A stretch of DNA of 64,000 bases, from positions 11,657,834-11,721,833 of the forward strand of contig CM082579.2 of assembly GCA_040954595.2 (NCBI GenBank), read 5' to 3'. Source of the stretch: Balanoglossus misakiensis. Its lineage: Eukaryota; Animalia; Hemichordata. The translations under genes and the position numbers were made by a program. Under the pieces are notes generated by a model that was given only the letters and a program-made list of their open reading frames with translations, did no database searches and was not told where the DNA came from. Positions 57,601 to 64,000 of the stretch are shown here, in pieces (within the stretch, counting starts at the first letter, position 1; every line of letters begins with the position of its first letter).

Positions 57601-60600
57601 CAGTCTCAGGAAGTAAGCTTTCAGCCTACCAATGTAGCTATTATATTTTCCACTTTTTGTAAGTGAAGCCTGACTGTCGCCTGTCTTAGGTCACCACTTC
57701 ATAAGCGGTCTTACCCGTCATTGGCCCAAACAGTCTCAAGAAGTAAGCTTTAGCCTACCAATGTAGCTATTATATTTTCCACTTTTTGTAAGTGAAGCCT
57801 GACTGTCGCCTGTCCTAGGTCACCACTTCATAAGCGGTCTTACCCGTCATTGGCCCAAACAGTCTCAGGAAGTAAGCTTTCAGCCACCAATGTAGCTATT
57901 ATATTTTCCACTTTTTGTAAGTGAAGCCTGACTGTCGCCTGTCTTAGGTCACCACTTCATAAGAGGTCTTACCCGTCATTGGCCCAAACAGTCTCAGGAA
58001 GTAAGCTTTCAGCCTACCTATGTAGCTATTATATTTTCCACTTTTTGTAAGTGAATCCTGACTGTCGCCTGTCTTAGGTCACCACTTCATAAGCGGTCTT
58101 ACCCGTCATTGGCCCAAACAGTCTCAGGAAGTAAGCTTTCAGCCTACCAATGAAGCTATTATATTTTCCACTTTTTGTAAGTGAAGCCTGACTGTCGCCT
58201 GTCTTAGGTCACCACTTCATAAGCGGTCTTACCCGTCATTGGCCCAAACAGTCTCAGGAAGTAAGCTTTCAGCCTACCAATGTAGCTATTATATTTTCCA
58301 CTTTTTGTAAGTGAAGCCTGACTGTCGCCTGTCTTAGGTCACCACTTCATAAGCGGTCTTACCCGTCATTGGCCCAAACAGTCTCAGGAAGTAAGCTTTA
58401 CGCCTACCAATGTAGCTATTATATTTTCCACTTTTTGTAAGTGAAGCCTGACTGTCGCCTGTCTTAGGTCACCACTTCATAAGCGGTCTTACCCGTCATT
58501 GGCCCAAACAGTCTCAGGAAGTAAGCTTTCAGCCTACCAATGTAGCTATTATATTTTCCACTTTTTGTAAGTGAAGCCTGACTGTCGCCTGTCTTAGGTC
58601 ACCACTTCATAAGCGGTCTTACCCGTCATTGGCCCAAACAGTCTCAGGAAGTAAGCTTTCAGCCTACCAATGTAGCTATTATATTTTCCACTTTTTGTAA
58701 GTGAAGCCTGACTGTCGCCTGTCTTAGGTCACCACTTCATAAGCGGTCTTACCCGTCATTGGCCCAAACAGTCTCAGGAAGTAAGCTTTCAGCCTACCAA
58801 TGTAGCTATTATATTTTCCACTTTTTGTAAGTGAAGCCTGACTGTCGCCTGTCTTAGGTCACCACTTCATAAGCGGTCTTACCCGTCATTGGCCCAAACA
58901 GTCTCAGGAAGTAAGCTTTCAGCCTACCAATGTAGCTATTATATTTTCCACTTTTTGTAAGTGAAGCCTGACTGTCGCCTGTCTTAGGTCACCACTTCTT
59001 AAGCGGTCTTACCCGTCATTGGCCCAAACAGTCTCAGGAAGTAAGCTTTCAGCCTACCAATGTAGCTATTATATTTTCCACTTTTTGTAAGTGAAGCCTG
59101 ACTGTCGCCTGTCTTAGGTCACCACTTCATAAGCGGCCTTATCCGTCATTGGCCCAAACAGTCTCAAGAAGTAAGCTTTAGCCTACCAATGTAGCCATTA
59201 TATTTTCCACTTTTTGTAAGTGAAGGCTGACTGTCGCCTGTCCTAGGTCACCACTTCATAAGCGGTCTTACCCGTCATTGGCCCAAACAGTCTCAGGAAG
59301 TAAGCTTTCAGCCTACCAATGTAGCTATTATATTTTCCACTTTTTGTAAGTGATGGCTGACTGTCGCCTGTCTTAGGTCACCACTTCATAAGCGGTCTTA
59401 CCCGTCATTGGCTCCAACAGTCTCAGGAAGTAAGCTTTCAGCCTACCAATGTAGGTATTATATTTTCCACTTTTTGTAAGTGAAGCCTGACTGTCGCCTG
59501 TCTTAGGTCACCACCTCATAAGTGGTCTTACCCGTCATTGGCCCAAACAGTCCCAGGAAGTAAGCTTTCTGCCTACCAATGTAGCTATTATATTTTCCAC
59601 TTTTTGTAAGTGAAGCCTGACTGTCGCCTGTCTTAGGTCACCACTTCATAAGCGGTCTTACCCGTCATTGGCCCAAACAGTCTCAAGAAGTAAGCTTTAG
59701 CCTACCAATGTATCTATTATGTTTTCCACTTTTTGTAAGTGAAGCCTGACTGTCGCCTGTCCTAGGTCACCACTTCATAAGCGGTCTTACCCGTCATTGG
59801 CCCAAACAGTCTCAGGAAGTAAGCTTTCAGCCACCAATGTAGCTATTGTATTTTCCACTTTTTGTAAGTGAAGCCTGACTGTCGCCTGTCTTAGGTCACC
59901 ACTTCATAAGCGGTCTTACCCGTCATTGGCTCCAACAGTCTCAGGAAGTAAGCTTTCAGCCTACCAATGTAGGTATTATATTTTCCACTTTTTGTAAGTG
60001 AAGCCTGACTGTCGCCTGTCTTAGGTCACCACCTCATAAGTGGTCTTACCCGTCATTGGCCCAAACAGTCCCAGGAAGTAAGCTTTCTGCCTACCAATGT
60101 AGCTATTATATTTTCCACTTTTTGTAAGTGAAGCCTGACTGTCGCCTGTCTTAGGTCACCACTTCATAAGCGGTCTTACCCGTCATTGGCCCAAACAGTC
60201 TCAAGAAGTAAGCTTTAGCCTACCAATGTAGCTATTATATTTTCCACTTTTTGTAAGTGAAGCCTGACTGTCGCCTGTCCTAGGTCACCACTTCATAAGC
60301 GGTCTTACCCGTCATTGGCCCAAACAGTCTCAGGAAGTAAGCTTTCAGCCACCAATGTAGCTATTATATTTTCCACTTTTTGTAAGTGAAGCCTGACTGT
60401 CGCCTGTCTTAGGTCACCACTTCATAAGAGGTCTTACCCGTCATTGGCCCAAACAGTCTCAGGAAGTAAGCTTTCAGCCTACCTATGTAGCTATTATATT
60501 TTCCACTTTTTGTAAGTGAATCCTGACTGTCGCCTGTCTTAGGTCACCACTTCATAAGCGGTCTTACCCGTCATTGGCCCAAACAGTCTCAGGAAGTAAG

Positions 60601-63600
60601 CTTTCAGCCTACCAATGAAGCTATTATATTTTCCACTTTTTGTAAGTGAAGCCTGACTGTCGCCTGTCTTAGGTCACCACTTCATAAGCGGTCTTACCCG
60701 TCATTGGCCCAAACAGTCTCAGGAAGTAAGCTTTCAGCCTACCAATGTAGCTATTATATTTTCCACTTTTTGTAAGTGAAGCCTGACTGTCGCCTGTCTT
60801 AGGTCACCACTTCATAAGCGGTCTTACCCGTCATTGGCCCAAACAGTCTCAGGAAGTAAGCTTTCAGCCTACCAATGTAGCTATTATATTTTCCACTTTT
60901 TGTAAGTGAAGCCTGACTGTCGCCTGTCTTAGGTCACCACTTCATAAGCGGTCTTACCTGTCATTGGCCCAAACAGTCTCAGGAAGTAAGCTTTCAGCCT
61001 ACCAATGTAGCTATTATATTTTCCACTTTTTGTAAGTGAAGCCTGACTGTCGCCTGTCTTAGGTCACCACTTCATAAGCGGTCTTACCCGTCATTGGCCC
61101 AAACAGTCTCAGGAAGTAAGCTTTCAGCCTACCAATTTAGCTATTATATTTTCCACTTTTTGTAAGTGAAGGCTGACTGTCACCTGTCTTAGGTCACCAC
61201 TTCATAAGCGGTCTTACCCGTCATTGGCCCAAACAGTCTCAGGAAGTAAGCTTTCAGCCTACCAATGTAGCTATTATATTTTCCACTTTTTGTAAGTGAA
61301 GCCTGACTGTCGCCTGTCTTAGGTCACCACCTCATAAGTGGTCTTACCCGTCATTGGCCCAAACAGTCTCAGGAAGTAAGCTTTCAGCCTACCAATGTAG
61401 CTATTATATTTTCCACTTTTTGTAAGTGAAGCCTGACTGTCGCCTGTCTTAGGTCACCACTTCATAAGCGGTCTTACCCGTCATTGGCCCAAACAGTCTC
61501 AAGAAGTAAGCTTTAGCCTACCAATGTAGCTATTATATTTTCCACTTTTTGTAAGTGAAGCCTGACTGTCGCCTGTCCTAGGTCACCACTTCATAAGCGG
61601 TCTTACCCGTCATTGGCCCAAACAGTCTCAGGAAGTAAGCTTTCAGCCTACCAATGAAGCTATTATATTTTCCACTTTTTGTAAGTGAAGCCTGACTGTC
61701 GCCTGTCTTAGGTCACCACTTCATAAGTGGTCTTACCCGTCATTGGCCCAAACAGTCTCAGGAAGTAAGCTTTCAGCCTACCAATGTAGCTATTATATTT
61801 TCCACTTTTTGTAAGTGATGGCTGACTGTCGCCTGTCTTAGGTCACCACTTCATAAGCGGTCTTACCCGTCATTGGCTCCAACAGTCTCAGGAAGTAAGC
61901 TTTCAGCCTACCAATGTAGGTATTATATTTTCCACTTTTTGTAAGTGAAGCCTGACTGTCGCCTGTCTTAGGTCACCACCTCATAAGTGGTCTTACCCGT
62001 CATTGGCCCAAACAGTCTCAGGAAGTAAGCTTTCAGCCTACCAATGTAGCTATTATATTTTCCACTTTTTGTAAGTGAAGCCTGACTGTCGCCTGTCTTA
62101 GGTCACCACTTCATAAGCGGTCTTACCCGTCATTGGCCCAAACAGTCTCAAGAAGTAAGCTTTAGCCTACCAATGTAGCTATTATATTTTCCACTTTTTG
62201 TAAGTGAAGCCTGACTGTCGCCTGTCCTAGGTCACCACTTCATAAGCGGTCTTACCCGTCATTGGCCCAAACAGTCTCAGGAAGTAAGCTTTCAGCCTAC
62301 CAATGTAGCTATTATATTTTCCACTTTTTGTAAGTGAAGCCTGACTGTCGCCTGTCTTAGGTCACCACTTCATAAGAGGTCTTACCCGTCATTGGCCCAA
62401 ACAGTCTCAGGAAGTAAGCTTTCAGCCTACCTATGTAGCTATTATATTTTCCACTTTTTGTAAGTGAATCCTGACTGTCGCCTGTCTTAGGTCACCACTT
62501 CATAAGCGGTCTTACCCGTCATTGGCCCAAACAGTCTCAGGAAGTAAGCTTTCAGCCTACCAATGAAGCTATTATATTTTCCACTTTTTGTAAGTGAAGC
62601 CTGACTGTCGCCTGTCTTAGGTCACCACTTCATAAGCGGTCTTACCCGTCATTGGCCCAAACAGTCTCAGGAAGTAAGCTTTCAGCCTACCAATGTAGCT
62701 ATTATATTTTCCACTTTTTGTAAGTGAAGCCTGACTGTCGCCTGTCTTAGGTCACCACTTCATAAGCGGTCTTACCCGTCATTGGCCCAAACAGTCTCAG
62801 GAAGTAAGCTTTCAGCCTACCAATGTAGCTATTATATTTTCCACTTTTTGTAAGTGAAGCCTGACTGTCGCCTGTCTTAGGTCACCACTTCATAAGAGGT
62901 CTTACCCGTCATTGGCCCAAACAGTCTCAGGAAGTAAGCTTTCAGCCTACCTATGTAGCTATTATATTTTCCACTTTTTGTAAGTGAATCCTGACTGTCG
63001 CCTGTCTTAGGTCACCACTTCATAAGCGGTCTTACCCGTCATTGGCCCAAACAGTCTCAGGAAGTAAGCTTTCAGCCTACCAATGTAGCTATTATATTTT
63101 CCACTTTTTGTAAGTGAAGCCTGACTGTAGCCTGTCTTAGGTCACCACTTCATAAGCGGTCTTACCCGTCATTGGCCCAAACAGTCTCAGGAAGTAAGCT
63201 TTCAGCCTACCAATGAAGCTATTATATTTTCCACTTTTTGTAAGTGAAGCCTGACTGTCGCCTGTCTTAGGTCACCACTTCATAAGCGGTCTTACCCGTC
63301 ATTGGCCCAAACAGTCTCAGGAAGTAAGCTTTCAGCCTACCAATGTAGCTATTATATTTTCCACTTTTTGTAAGTGAAGCCTGACTGTCGCCTGTCTTAG
63401 GTCACCACTTCATAAGCGGTCTTACCCGTCATTGGCCCAAACAGTCTCAGGAAGTAAGCTTTCAGCCTACCAATGTAGCTATTATATTTTCCACTTTTTG
63501 TAAGTGAAGCCTGACTGTCGCCTGTCTTAGGTCACCACTTCATAAGCGGTCTTACCCGTCATTGGCCCAAACAGTCTCAGGAAGTAAGCTTTCAGCCTAC

Positions 63601-64000
63601 CAATGTAGCTATTATATTTTCCACTTTTTGTAAGTGAAGCCTGACTGTCGCCTGTCTTAGGTCACCACTTCATAAGCGGTCTTACCCGTCATTGGCCCAA
63701 ACAGTCTCAGGAAGTAAGCTTTCAGCCTACCAATGTAGCTATTACATTTTCCACTTTTTGTAAGTGAAGCCTGACTGTCGCCTGTCTTAGGTCACCACTT
63801 CTTAAGCGGTCTTACCCGTCATTGGCCCAAACAGTCTCAGGAAGTAAGCTTTCAGCCTACCAATGTAGCTATTATATTTTCCACTTTTTGTAAGTGAAGC
63901 CTGACTGTCGCCTGTCTTAGGTCACCACTTCATAAGCGGTCTTACCCGTCATTGGCCCAAACAGTCTCAAGAAGTAAGCTTTAGCCTACCAATGTAGCTA
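30656..64000. repeat. 130-bp satellite DNA array, ~256 units, continuing beyond the window
   Basis: Consensus aggtcaccacttcataagcggtcttacccgtcattggcccaaacagtctcaggaagtaagctttcagcctaccaatgtagctattatattttccactttttgtaagtgaagcctgactgtcgcctgtctt. Period 130 (e.g. 31441, 31571, 31701); most units are within a few substitutions of consensus. Confidence 0.98.

Noticed and set aside
30656-64000. Satellite as a tandem 5S rRNA, tRNA, snRNA or coding-exon array
   Set aside because: No recognisable RNA-gene motifs; the 130-bp period and the candidate 53-nt exon are not multiples of 3 and hit stop codons.

Overview
AT-rich eukaryotic (animal, probably marine-invertebrate; inferred) genomic DNA in three parts. 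(1) 1-12.5 kb is the 3' part of a spliced + strand gene encoding a Roco-family protein: ROC GTPase, then a COR-like region, then a C-terminal GT-B/GT4 glycosyltransferase. I reconstruct 7 phase-consistent exons from 6495 to 12458. Upstream, in what should be intron, lies a ~6.1-kb tandem array. All 19 units read (CT)n-CAG|NNN|GTAAGTA, i.e. 19 candidate 3-nt microexons with invariant splice sites but 8 different triplets. This possible single-codon combinatorial splicing cassette feeding into the ROC domain is the most interesting thing in the window. (2) 12.5-30.6 kb is a transposon-rich stretch. It holds nested Helentron-type non-autonomous elements, a 4.3-kb foldback element, a palindromic MITE, a 42-bp minisatellite, an intact IS3EU-like DDE transposase ORF, and a SWIM-YqaJ exonuclease pseudogene with an internal inversion. 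(3) 30.66-64 kb is a very homogeneous 130-bp satellite (~256 units, running off the window end) with local higher-order variant blocks. All calls come from reading the sequence; no searches were run.
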